64,000 nucleotides of DNA from NCBI GenBank assembly GCA_041661485.1, contig JBAZUJ010000014.1, forward strand, positions 9,102 to 73,101, read 5' to 3'. Below, piece by piece: positions 37,813 to 46,913 of the stretch; the first letter of the stretch is position 1, and every line of letters starts with the position of its first letter. This DNA comes from Chitinophagaceae bacterium (GTDB lineage Bacteria > Bacteroidota > Bacteroidia > Chitinophagales > Chitinophagaceae). Under the pieces are notes generated by a model. That model saw only the letters and a list, made by a program, of their open reading frames with translations. It ran no database searches and was not told the origin of the DNA. Position numbers and translations under genes: made by a program.

Positions 37813-38529
37813 GTGAATATAAAAACACTTAAAATCCCGCTGCTGCGTTATTTTGCAATAGAATTGACTAAGAAAATCAGATATTTTATTGTGCTTGTTT
37901 GTTGTCTTTTTATCACGGTAAAAAGCAATGCGCAGGGAACGCAGGATGAACATCTTGTGCCGGCTATTATTGTAGGTAATGACACGGTCGCATTCGTATA
38001 TCTGGATGAAGTGATTATATATGAAAATCTGACTCCGGCACAACGACGCAGGCTGAACCGCCAGGCCCGTCGCGACGAAAGAAGGCAGGAAAAACAGGAT
38101 GCCTCCTTCGCAAGGCTTCGCTACAATGTTTATAAAGTTTATCCTTATGCCAACATCGCTGCCTTTCTATTAAAAGATGTGCATGCCAACCTGGAGAAAA
38201 TGCCCAACAAGGATGCACGGAAAAAATACCTCAAAGGCGTTGAAAAGGAACTAAACAAACGTTTTAAAGGTGAGCTGGAAGAGTTTACCATATCGCAGGG
38301 CATTGTACTGGTGAAATTAATCAACCGGCAAACCGGTCGAAGCTGTTTTGATATTATCCAGGAAGTGAAAGGTGGGTTTAATGCCGTGGTGTGGCAGGGT
38401 GTGGCGCTGGTGTTCAGCAACAACCTGAAGCGTGAGTATGAACCGCAGGACCGGGACAAAGACATTGAAGCCATCGTGCAGGAACTGGAAGCCAGTGCAC
38501 GGGCAGCGGCTGCCGCCAAAAGAAAATAA
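37813..38529 (+). CDS. DUF4294-like protein
   Basis: ...YNVYKVYPYANIAA... and ...FTISQGIVLVKLINRQTGRSCFDIIQEVKGGFNAVVWQG..LVFSNNLKREYEP follow the pattern I recall for the Bacteroidota DUF4294 family. GTG start. Confidence 0.6.
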   Translation: MNIKTLKIPLLRYFAIELTKKIRYFIVLVCCLFITVKSNAQGTQDEHLVPAIIVGNDTVAFVYLDEVIIYENLTPAQRRRLNRQARRDERRQEKQDASFARLRYNVYKVYPYANIAAFLLKDVHANLEKMPNKDARKKYLKGVEKELNKRFKGELEEFTISQGIVLVKLINRQTGRSCFDIIQEVKGGFNAVVWQGVALVFSNNLKREYEPQDRDKDIEAIVQELEASARAAAAAKRK

Positions 38530-38547
38530 GAACAGCATTTACAAAGA

Positions 38548-39309
38548 ATGATCATAGATACACATACTCATCTGTATGATGAGGAAACCATTGAATTGCA
38601 GGACGCCCATATCAACAGGGCCATACAGGCGGGGGTACACAAAATGTACATGCCCAATTGTGACAGCAACACGATTGAGGGAATGATGGGAATTGCCCAA
38701 CGTTTCCCCGAAAATTGTTTCCCGATGATGGGTCTGCACCCATGTTATGTAAAAGAAAATTACAAAGATGAACTGGCTATTGTGGAGGCACAACTGGCTA
38801 AAAACAAATTCTCCGCCATCGGCGAAATCGGACTTGATTTTTACTGGGACAAAACCTTTGCACACGAACAAAAACTGGCTTTCGAGCAACAGATAGACTG
38901 GGCTCTGGCTTATGATTTGCCTATCGTTATCCATAGCCGCTCCTCCACCCAGGAATGCCTGGATATTGTGAAACGCAAACAAAACGGCAAGCTGGTCGCC
39001 ATTTTTCATTGTTTCAGCGGTACACCTGAGCAGGCACAGCGGGTGGCTGGTTTGGGGGGATATATCGGCATTGGCGGTGTGGTTACTTTCAAAACCTCTA
39101 ATCTGCCGGAAGTGCTCAGGGCAGTTTCCCTGGAGAATGTAGTGCTGGAAACGGATGCACCATACCTTGCGCCGGTGCCTTACCGGGGCAAACGAAACGA
39201 GAGTACCTATCTGCCACTGATAGCCCAGCGCATAGCAGACGTGTATGAGATGCCGCTGGAAGCGATAGAAAAGGCCACAACAGCCAATGCAGAAAAAATT
39301 TTTCGATAA
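38548..39309 (+). CDS. tatD: TatD-family metal-dependent hydrolase
   Basis: MIIDTHTHL, ...GEIGLDFYW..., ...VIHSR..., ...HCFSG..., ...ETDAPYL... motifs. Confidence 0.92.
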   Translation: MIIDTHTHLYDEETIELQDAHINRAIQAGVHKMYMPNCDSNTIEGMMGIAQRFPENCFPMMGLHPCYVKENYKDELAIVEAQLAKNKFSAIGEIGLDFYWDKTFAHEQKLAFEQQIDWALAYDLPIVIHSRSSTQECLDIVKRKQNGKLVAIFHCFSGTPEQAQRVAGLGGYIGIGGVVTFKTSNLPEVLRAVSLENVVLETDAPYLAPVPYRGKRNESTYLPLIAQRIADVYEMPLEAIEKATTANAEKIFR

Positions 39310-39359
39310 CAATCAAGGGATTGCTTACATTTGCAGCCCTTCAAGGAAAAACGTTTTAC

Positions 39360-39446
39360 GGAGACGTGTCCGAGTGGCTGAAGGAGCACGCCTGGAAAGT
39401 GTGTATACGGGCAACCGTATCGGGGGTTCGAATCCGCCCGTCTCCG
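39360..39446 (+). tRNA. tRNA-Ser (anticodon GGA), long variable arm
   Basis: GGAGACG-TG-TCC...GGA-G-CACGC-CTGGAAA-GTGTG-(T ATACGG GCAA CCGTAT C)-GGGGG-TTCGAAT-CCGCC-CGTCTCC-G. The acceptor stem is perfect. The T-stem has a central G:G mismatch. No encoded CCA. Confidence 0.85.
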
Positions 39447-39474
39447 CACAGAGCATTATCAAAGCTTTTAAATG

Positions 39475-39506
39475 CCTACATATCGTTGATTTGTAGGTAT
39501 TTTTTA
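39475..39506 (+). terminator. hairpin plus T-run after tRNA-Ser
   Basis: Stem AATGCCTACA (39471-39480) / TGTAGGTATT (39492-39501) with one G-U pair, followed by a T-run to 39505. Confidence 0.55.
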
Positions 39507-39696
39507 TTTAGCCCTACAGTCAATATTTTCAAAAGCAGTCAAAATTAGCCAGCGTCATTCGTAGCGTCTTAATTATTTCAAAAAAGAACGCACAAATTAT
39601 GGGTTAACTATCTGATTGTCAAGATGTACATAGCTTATACATCTTGTTTGGCACAATTTGCATTTCCAATTTTACAAATCTTTAAAACGTTATGTT

Positions 39697-40923
39697 ATGT
39701 TGGAAAAAAGCTTCGGGTTGTTCTTCTTTTTGAAACAGCCCAAAAATCAAAAGAATGGCCCCCGTTATGTTTACCTAAGGATCACCGTCGATGGAGTTTC
39801 AAAAGAACTCTCTACAAAAAGACTGTGGACAGTTGAGAGATGGAACCAGTCAGCAGGAAGGGCTGTGGGGACTAAGGAAGATGCAAGATCGCTGAATGTT
39901 TTTCTGGAAACACTTTGTTCTAAAATCTATCAGGCAAAGGTTTCCTTATTAGAAGAAAATAAATCGGTTACGGCAGAGAGCTTAAAAAATGTGGTTACCG
40001 GCCAGGGCGATGATAAGCGAATGCTGCTTGGGATTTTCAGGGAACACAACAAAAAAATGGAGGGCCTTGTAGGCGTTGACTATGTTTATGAGACATTGCA
40101 GCGCTATCATACCACATACGATCATACAGAGAATTTTATCAGGTGGAAGTATAACCTTGATGATTTTGTCATTAATGAATTGGATTATGAATTTGTTTCA
40201 GAATTTGCCTTCTGGCTCAAGAGCATTCGTCACTGCGGCCACAACTCAACAATGAAATATATTGGTAATCTTAAGAAGGTTTTATTGGAGTGTATCCGGA
40301 AAGGTTGGTTAAGGCGTGATCCGTTCCTGGATTTTAAGACTACCCGAAAAGTGGTAAAGATATCTCCCTTAACACAAGATGAACTTAATCGCATAAACAA
40401 TAAAGAATTTAGCATTGAACGGTTGGACCACGTGAGAGATATTTTCCTGTTTAGCTGTTATACGGGTTTAGCGTATGTCGATGTAAAGAAACTAAAACGT
40501 ACCAACATAGTAAAAGGTGTTGATGGTGGCCAATGGATTATTACCAACCGCCAAAAAACAGATGCTTCTACCAGACTACCTTTACTGCCAAAGGCATTGG
40601 AAATAATGGAAAAATATCATTGCCATGAAAGGGTAGTAAATCAGGATTACGTTCTGCCTGTTCTGACAAACCAGAAAATGAATTCCTATTTAAAGGAGAT
40701 AGCTGATACTTGTGGCATTACCAAGAATCTTACTTTTCATATTGCACGGCACACTTTTGCAACTACGGTGACACTTAGCAATGGCGTTCCGCTAGAAACT
40801 GTTTCGAAGATGTTGGGGCACAGTTCAATAAAGCAAACACAACACTATGCCAAATTACTGGATTCAAAAATCAGTGATGATATGGGTAGATTAAGGTTAA
40901 AGTTGGAAACCCAAATCAGTTAA
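39697..40923 (+). CDS. tyrosine-type site-specific integrase (Bacteroidota Arm-binding + SAM-like + catalytic domains)
   Basis: The N-terminus MLEKSFGLFFFLKQPKNQKNGPRYVYLRITVDGVSKELSTKR is typical of Bacteroidota integrases. Catalytic HIARHTFAT and LGHSSIKQTQHYAK (R...HxxR...H..Y). The start is taken at ATG 39697 rather than the track's 39658. Confidence 0.9.
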   Translation: MLEKSFGLFFFLKQPKNQKNGPRYVYLRITVDGVSKELSTKRLWTVERWNQSAGRAVGTKEDARSLNVFLETLCSKIYQAKVSLLEENKSVTAESLKNVVTGQGDDKRMLLGIFREHNKKMEGLVGVDYVYETLQRYHTTYDHTENFIRWKYNLDDFVINELDYEFVSEFAFWLKSIRHCGHNSTMKYIGNLKKVLLECIRKGWLRRDPFLDFKTTRKVVKISPLTQDELNRINNKEFSIERLDHVRDIFLFSCYTGLAYVDVKKLKRTNIVKGVDGGQWIITNRQKTDASTRLPLLPKALEIMEKYHCHERVVNQDYVLPVLTNQKMNSYLKEIADTCGITKNLTFHIARHTFATTVTLSNGVPLETVSKMLGHSSIKQTQHYAKLLDSKISDDMGRLRLKLETQIS

Positions 40924-41086
40924 TCTGTTGATGGTTCTGATCTCGCACTATTCGCACAATTGGTGAGGTTGTAAAAATTATTTTGCTTTCGCCAAATTCA
41001 AATTATTTTGACGATCTACAGGCATTTTAACAGCCTGATTTTTGTATATTAGACCAAATAAACACTAGTCTTAAAGTAGCAAGGTT

Positions 41087-41425
41087 ATGAATCCGCCAAA
41101 TACAGAACACCACAAGGGTGCTCCGAAATCGGTCCAAATTGACCTGAAGGATGGAGCCGTCGAATTGGAAGAACCGGATATGTATGTACTGACAGAAACC
41201 AGCAGTGCTATACTCAACGAATTAATTGCCTATACGGGCAGGGAGGAAATGAAAGAGCTTAAGAAGTCCAACCCCGATCCAGAGCGGCTTGAAGAATTAG
41301 ATGTTCTATTTAAAGAGGTTCACACCATAAACCGTGAACCGGCTAATTTTGGAAACCAGGTCCGCATGCAGGAAATAATCGATAAGTATGCCCCAAAGGT
41401 TCGTGAAATATATGGCAGGCTGTAA
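41087..41425 (+). CDS. hypothetical protein (island-borne)
   Basis: 112-aa acidic ORF with ATG start. No recognisable motif. Confidence 0.45.
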   Translation: MNPPNTEHHKGAPKSVQIDLKDGAVELEEPDMYVLTETSSAILNELIAYTGREEMKELKKSNPDPERLEELDVLFKEVHTINREPANFGNQVRMQEIIDKYAPKVREIYGRL

Positions 41426-41949
41426 ATATGCTTATAAAAATCTGTCCTGATTATCTGTAGCCATTAAACTCCAAAAGTGAACGAAGCCGCAACGCTTATT
41501 TACAAGATTAACGGAGAGTAACGTTCACACCAACAACCACGCTGGGTAGCGATAAACCCGTAACGGCATTTAACATTACAAGCTTAGATACCGCTGCAGG
41601 TAATAATGGAAGGCTCACCATAATGGATATTGTAACCAAACAGTTTTGGCAATCAGACCTTCTGGCTGAACTTTACAAGGACAACCCTTAGTTTCTTTTG
41701 ATCTCAGCTCAATCCTTCGGCTTAGGTTTCTTTTTATTATCGACATAAGCTCTGCGAGGCTCCGGGTAATTACGATAAAGCAAATCTGGAAGTTCAAATT
41801 CCACTTGAAAAAACTCAAAAAATCGTGGATATTTCCCTGTTCGTTTTATTATGTTGAGCCCTACATTTGCATTCTTCTAAATCACAATAAATATAAAATA
41901 TTCACGATAGAAACTAAAAATATTTAGCGTTAGCTATTATACCATACTG

Positions 41950-42093
41950 CCGATAGAAGTTCGAAAATTAAGGGAGCAGTCAAGTATAAAGTGTAACGCC
42001 TGCGCTAGGTAGCGTAGGTGTTTGCTTTACTTGCTCCCAGGGTCTTCGAACACCTTATCGGCGAGAAAGAGCAAAGCCTGCGCTACCTTTTTT
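41950..42093 (+). promoter_or_regulatory. long imperfect inverted repeat with alternative terminator-like pairing upstream of island operon
   Basis: Hand-paired helices: 41950-41955/42056-42061, 41960-41965/42045-42050, 41972-41978/42032-42038, and the apical hairpin 41999-42006/42011-42018. Segment 42008-42018 can alternatively pair with 42077-42087, which is followed by T6. Confidence 0.3.
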
Positions 42094-42296
42094 ATTGCAG
42101 GTGAGTTAAAAAGTCATTTTTAAAACCTGGTTTGTGCTATATAAGCAAGTTGAGTAGACATCAAATAAATATTACATAAGCAAAAATTATTTACAAAGAT
42201 TTATTCTTGAAAACACAGTTTTCTAATTTTTCTGACAGACATTCACTGACCGTTTTAACAAAACAATAAGTTAAAGCAATAAATCAAATATTCCCT

Positions 42297-45215
42297 ATGT
42301 GCCGGATAGCAATTTTACTGCTATGTATTTTCTCAGCGAAACTCTCGCGGGGTCACGGTTTTATAGATTCTACAATTCTAACTTCCGATTTTCCTGTTTC
42401 GATAAAGGGGAATAAATTTTCTCAGCGTGTTTCCTATCAGATTAGTCAGGATACGACCATCAACATCCGTATCAGCAGTTTCTATTATAGAAGTATACAT
42501 GACAGTCTTGCGTTATATGATTTATTGTTTGAAGATGTAAAAGTGCATTTAGGTGCAGGTTTTATTGACCTGCCTTTTGAAAAAGCCGTGAGCAGGCACA
42601 AAATGCACGCTGATTTCTTTGAGGTCATTTCACACTTTAAGATGGTGCCAGCAGGGATGTACAAAACACAGGTTATTTTAATTTCTTCCAAAGAAAAGAA
42701 CAAAGTTTTATATCATCAGATAATAGATCAGTTTGCCGATACTGCTTTATCCCAATCTTCGGGCCTTCGGGACAAAATGAATGCCGCAGTTGCCCTGCCC
42801 AAAAAAGCAGTTTCCTCAAAAGTTTCTAGATCCGGCAAAAAGCAAACTGCGACTAATGATGCCCAGATAAAAGCAGCTGAAACTAAAATGAAGCGTCAGC
42901 TCCGTAATATCAAAGGCCTGGACCTGCGCCCGATTAAACAAAACGGAAAGACCTATAGCGAAGCGTATTATAAAGGTTTCTTACTTGGTCGTTACGAAAT
43001 GGCCTCAGTTGATGAACTTAATGAGCGTGCTGCAAACGAATCGAAGAAAATAAGCAGCAATGCATCTTCGTTAGTTAATAATGAATTGGACGGTTTCAAA
43101 AGTGTAGGCTCGCAACTAAAAGGTTTAAACTCCAAAACTGACAGGGAAGATAAACTGAAAGGAATACTTGAGCTGAATACTTATCGTGGCTCGGCACAGG
43201 ATCCCCAATCTGAAATAGAACAGAACTATACTGAATTCCTTGGTGGAGTAGACGTTGAAGTAAGGGGAATGCCTTTTTCGATAGAAGGTTTTTATACCAC
43301 ACAGGATGCCAACCGTAAAGCAAAGGCCAGCTACTTCCGCGTACACTATGATGTGGAGTCAGCCAAATCAAAATTACAAAGCACAATCAATGGTTATAAA
43401 TCCAAGCTGAACGAAACTGTTTCAAAAGGAAAGGGGCTGGAAAGTGTATATGGAACTTATGCCAAAAGCCTGGAATCCCAGAAAGAAAGTATGCTCAATA
43501 AAATGGCAAAGGAGTACGATGTGGATCCAAAAGTAATCAAAGAGAATAATGGTGACGCCGGTAAAATTGCTGCTTCCATTCCGGATGTTGAGGATACGGC
43601 TAAATTAACCGGGCTGGCCGAAAAGACTGCATCCAAATCATCAAAAGGACAAAGCACAACAGCTAAAAAAGACAAACTACTGAAGGATAAGAAGGATATT
43701 GAAGAACGCTACCAAAAAATAGTTGCACTGGAGCAAAAGGCAGAAAAGTATTATAAAATGCTGGATAATTACCGCACCCAGACGCAATTGGATTCCGCTG
43801 TAAACTATAAGAAAATGGCTGGCCTGGATGAAAACGGGGATGCCTCTTACAAGGATATGGCCAAAGCAGCTTCCGGTATTTTACCCGAAGGCAAAACAAA
43901 AAACTTTATAACCGGTCTGACCAGCTTCGATGCCGGCATTATCAATAAATATGAGTCTGACTACACCATGGCCGGGCAAACAATGAAAGGCCTGAGTTTT
44001 GGTTATGATCTGGGTATCTGTAAAACCGGTGTAACACTTGGCAGCACTGAGTACGTATCCCGTGAAGGGAACGTTGACCATTACAGCTCAATGTTGATCC
44101 GGGTGGATAACAAAGGTTCTAAAAACCACAAACTGGGTTTTCTGTATAATGTCAACACCCCTGCCAGGTCAATGGGGCAGGATGACAATTTTATAGGTCA
44201 GCAGGGTGTCCGGTACCCCAGCTTTAATACCCCGACACAAATCTTCTCCGTGATATATGATGGTAAAATCGGTAAATACCTTGTGGTGCATTCGGAAGTT
44301 GCCAGCTCCTATAAAAAGACCTACAGCAGCAATTTTGATATGGCCCATTCGGCCCTCAATAACAGCCTGGCTTTTATGATCCCGAAAACGTCTGTCAATA
44401 TCAACGCAGCCTGGGAACATCTTGGTCATTCATTTGAAAACAATGCTTTGCCCTATATCCGTTCCGGTACAGAACGCTACACCATCGGTACTTCAATGGA
44501 TCTGTTCAAATCATTCCTGAGCGTGAAAGTCGATTATAATTTCCTGCTCCAGGAGAATTTTGCAGTCAGAAGCTATAACAGGAAATGGGGTTTTGAAATG
44601 AAGACCCACTCCAAAAGATATCCATCGGTGAGTTTGTCCTACAAACCATTTTCAACCTTCCGATCACTTTCCGATACATTACAAATTGCCCAACGGCCTA
44701 TACAGGGCGAAGTGTGGACCGCAAGAGCAGGCTACCAGATTAAACGAAACAAAAAAGTGCATCGTTTTACAGTAATGTATAACCAAAACAGCAGTACAGC
44801 CGACACGATAAATTATACTTCCAGCACAGCGCAGCTGGGTTATATGTTTACCACACCGGCTATATCGGTAAATGCCAATGTGAGCAGGGTGCAGTTGCCC
44901 GAAAGCTTTGCAGATGGCTCAGGTGTGATCAGCAGTTATATTCTTGGTGCAGGAATTTCAAAGAACATAGGAAAGAGCCTGAGTGTTTCTTTAAGTCCCG
45001 ATGTCGCATTCTGTGATTGGGGAACCCAGCGCATATCCGCAACGGCAGGAATGGTTTGGAGAATGGAACGCAAACCGCTGACCTGGCGACTCGTTTTCCG
45101 CTATTCAAATTACAAATTAAGCCAGGCGGCGGTACCGATGGAACTCTACGCAGGGCAACTGGGGCTCAGCTGGCAATTTAAAACAGTGAGAAAACCAAAG
45201 AACATTTTGAATTAA
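42297..45215 (+). CDS. putative outer-membrane beta-barrel protein with N-terminal beta-sandwich-like and Lys-rich coiled-coil regions
   Basis: Hydrophobic N-terminus. About 350 aa of Lys/Glu/Ser-rich low-complexity or coiled-coil sequence. The C-terminal ~430 aa show alternating hydrophobic beta-strand periodicity ending ...YAGQLGLSWQF, followed by an 11-aa basic tail. Confidence 0.6.
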   Translation: MCRIAILLLCIFSAKLSRGHGFIDSTILTSDFPVSIKGNKFSQRVSYQISQDTTINIRISSFYYRSIHDSLALYDLLFEDVKVHLGAGFIDLPFEKAVSRHKMHADFFEVISHFKMVPAGMYKTQVILISSKEKNKVLYHQIIDQFADTALSQSSGLRDKMNAAVALPKKAVSSKVSRSGKKQTATNDAQIKAAETKMKRQLRNIKGLDLRPIKQNGKTYSEAYYKGFLLGRYEMASVDELNERAANESKKISSNASSLVNNELDGFKSVGSQLKGLNSKTDREDKLKGILELNTYRGSAQDPQSEIEQNYTEFLGGVDVEVRGMPFSIEGFYTTQDANRKAKASYFRVHYDVESAKSKLQSTINGYKSKLNETVSKGKGLESVYGTYAKSLESQKESMLNKMAKEYDVDPKVIKENNGDAGKIAASIPDVEDTAKLTGLAEKTASKSSKGQSTTAKKDKLLKDKKDIEERYQKIVALEQKAEKYYKMLDNYRTQTQLDSAVNYKKMAGLDENGDASYKDMAKAASGILPEGKTKNFITGLTSFDAGIINKYESDYTMAGQTMKGLSFGYDLGICKTGVTLGSTEYVSREGNVDHYSSMLIRVDNKGSKNHKLGFLYNVNTPARSMGQDDNFIGQQGVRYPSFNTPTQIFSVIYDGKIGKYLVVHSEVASSYKKTYSSNFDMAHSALNNSLAFMIPKTSVNINAAWEHLGHSFENNALPYIRSGTERYTIGTSMDLFKSFLSVKVDYNFLLQENFAVRSYNRKWGFEMKTHSKRYPSVSLSYKPFSTFRSLSDTLQIAQRPIQGEVWTARAGYQIKRNKKVHRFTVMYNQNSSTADTINYTSSTAQLGYMFTTPAISVNANVSRVQLPESFADGSGVISSYILGAGISKNIGKSLSVSLSPDVAFCDWGTQRISATAGMVWRMERKPLTWRLVFRYSNYKLSQAAVPMELYAGQLGLSWQFKTVRKPKNILN

Positions 45216-45255
45216 TAACAACAAGAAATAAATGCATGCTTAAAAAGTCAATACT

Positions 45256-46422
45256 ATGAATAATTCAGTTAAAAAACCGCAAGGAAGGAGCTTAAAATAC
45301 CTGGGCGTAATTGCCCTGCTTTTAGCCTCATTTTTTGCAATTCCTAAAAAGGCATCCGCGCAGATCCGTGATATGGATGTGGATATGGGCATGATTGATG
45401 GGGTGGAGATCAACAGCGAGAATATCTTCAATTACCGGATCAATAATATGACCAGCCAATCTCAGCAGGTGGATGTATTGGGACGGGTGCATTACCGAAG
45501 ATCAGGCTTATGGTTTACCTACCGGTACAGTATGACAGTTCAACCCGGCTACACGCAAATCAGCAGAAGCAGCATACCCACACCCGTATGGGCATTTTCA
45601 GAAACGGGTCTGAAAGATCTGTTCCTGACCTATAACAAACTCCCGCAGGGTACTTATGAATATTGTGTGAGCGTAGCTGTCAGAAAACCCGGAGCAGAAT
45701 CCGCGATCAATGACCCTTCTGCATGCGTGTATCAAACGGTGGAAGACTTGTTTCTCATCAACCTGGTAACACCTGAAAATGATGCAAAGATTTATGAATA
45801 CAACCCGATGCTGGGCTGGGTGGTGAATTATCCCTTTGCCAGTGAACTGACCTATAAGCTCCGTGTCGCTGAATTGAAGCAGGGACAGAACCCACAGAAT
45901 GCCATCACACGGAATAACCCGATGTACAAAGACGACCACCTGATGACAACCGGTACAGTTTATCCTGTAACTGCAAAACCACTGGTAAAATGGCAACCTT
46001 ATGTATGGACTGTTGATGCCTATTATAAAGGCATCCTGCTTGGAGGCGCCGAGGTCTGGAAGTTTACGATTATTGATGATAGTGAGTTGATAGCAGCACC
46101 AGGAGACCAATCTTACTATGAATTTGAAAAACACCAGGGAGATACCAGGCTGAATGCAGTTGGAGCAATTAAGTTGAAATATATCTGTGATTTGAATACC
46201 GACACTTTGCGATTTGTACTGAAAGACCAAAGTGGGGAAGAGCTATCTATTAACCAAAAACAGCAGATAGTTAAGCTGGGTGACAACCGAATGATATTTG
46301 AGATTTATGACAAAATCAATTTAAAACATAAAGGCAAATACACATTGTTCATTAAGGGAAGTAAACAGGAAACGTTTACTGTTCCATTCATTTATATCAA
46401 TCCCCTCTACAATAAAAAATAA
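45256..46422 (+). CDS. hypothetical secreted beta-rich protein
   Basis: Signal peptide ...LLASFFAIPKKASAQ. Shares an LPxGxY-terminated module with the N-terminus of the 972-aa protein. Its stop overlaps the next start (TAATG). Confidence 0.6.
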   Translation: MNNSVKKPQGRSLKYLGVIALLLASFFAIPKKASAQIRDMDVDMGMIDGVEINSENIFNYRINNMTSQSQQVDVLGRVHYRRSGLWFTYRYSMTVQPGYTQISRSSIPTPVWAFSETGLKDLFLTYNKLPQGTYEYCVSVAVRKPGAESAINDPSACVYQTVEDLFLINLVTPENDAKIYEYNPMLGWVVNYPFASELTYKLRVAELKQGQNPQNAITRNNPMYKDDHLMTTGTVYPVTAKPLVKWQPYVWTVDAYYKGILLGGAEVWKFTIIDDSELIAAPGDQSYYEFEKHQGDTRLNAVGAIKLKYICDLNTDTLRFVLKDQSGEELSINQKQQIVKLGDNRMIFEIYDKINLKHKGKYTLFIKGSKQETFTVPFIYINPLYNKK

Positions 46423-46913
46423 TGGAAAAGCAAAAGTCAGACAGAATTATCCTTTACAGTACATCATTGATTGTACTGGCTATGGCAGGAATAATGCTAA
46501 AAGGTAAAATTCAAAAATCACCCGTTGCCTATATCGATATCAGTAAAATGGTTGAAGGCTACAAGTTCAAAAAAGATATGGAGGCCGAGGGAACTAAAAA
46601 CTTATACCAGATAAAAAATACGGTTGACAGCTTAAAGCTAATACAGAAAATGGGCACTAGTCCATCAGTCGATTCACAGGTAATGTATGCAGAACGGGCA
46701 TTTGAGCAGTATTACACCTATTCAAACCAGGAAATGACCAAAAAAATATGGGAGCGCCTAAACCCTTTATTGGAAGAGTTCGGAAAGGAAGCTGGCTGTG
46801 AATTGATTGTAGGTGCTAATGGAGCGGGCAGTGTTTTATACGGGTCAAAAAAAATTGATGTTACCGAAGCGGCAATTGGCTTTATAAACAGAAAATATGA
46901 AAAAGGGAATTAG
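46422..46913 (+). CDS. OmpH/Skp-like periplasmic chaperone
   Basis: N-terminal anchor/signal, then PVAYIDISKMVEGYKFKKDMEAEG... and helical heptad-rich sequence as in OmpH/Skp. 163 aa. Confidence 0.6.
   Translation: MEKQKSDRIILYSTSLIVLAMAGIMLKGKIQKSPVAYIDISKMVEGYKFKKDMEAEGTKNLYQIKNTVDSLKLIQKMGTSPSVDSQVMYAERAFEQYYTYSNQEMTKKIWERLNPLLEEFGKEAGCELIVGANGAGSVLYGSKKIDVTEAAIGFINRKYEKGN

Noticed and set aside
38539-39312. 257-aa minus-strand ORF
   Set aside because: It is antisense to the TatD-family gene, which has all conserved metal-binding motifs.
41615-41818. 67-aa minus-strand ORF in the island spacer
   Set aside because: It has a TTG start and no motif. A different frame over the same DNA looks equally protein-like, so I treat it as non-coding or decayed sequence.
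45598-46230. 210-aa minus-strand ORF
   Set aside because: It is antisense to the 388-aa signal-peptide ORF, which is translationally coupled to its neighbours.
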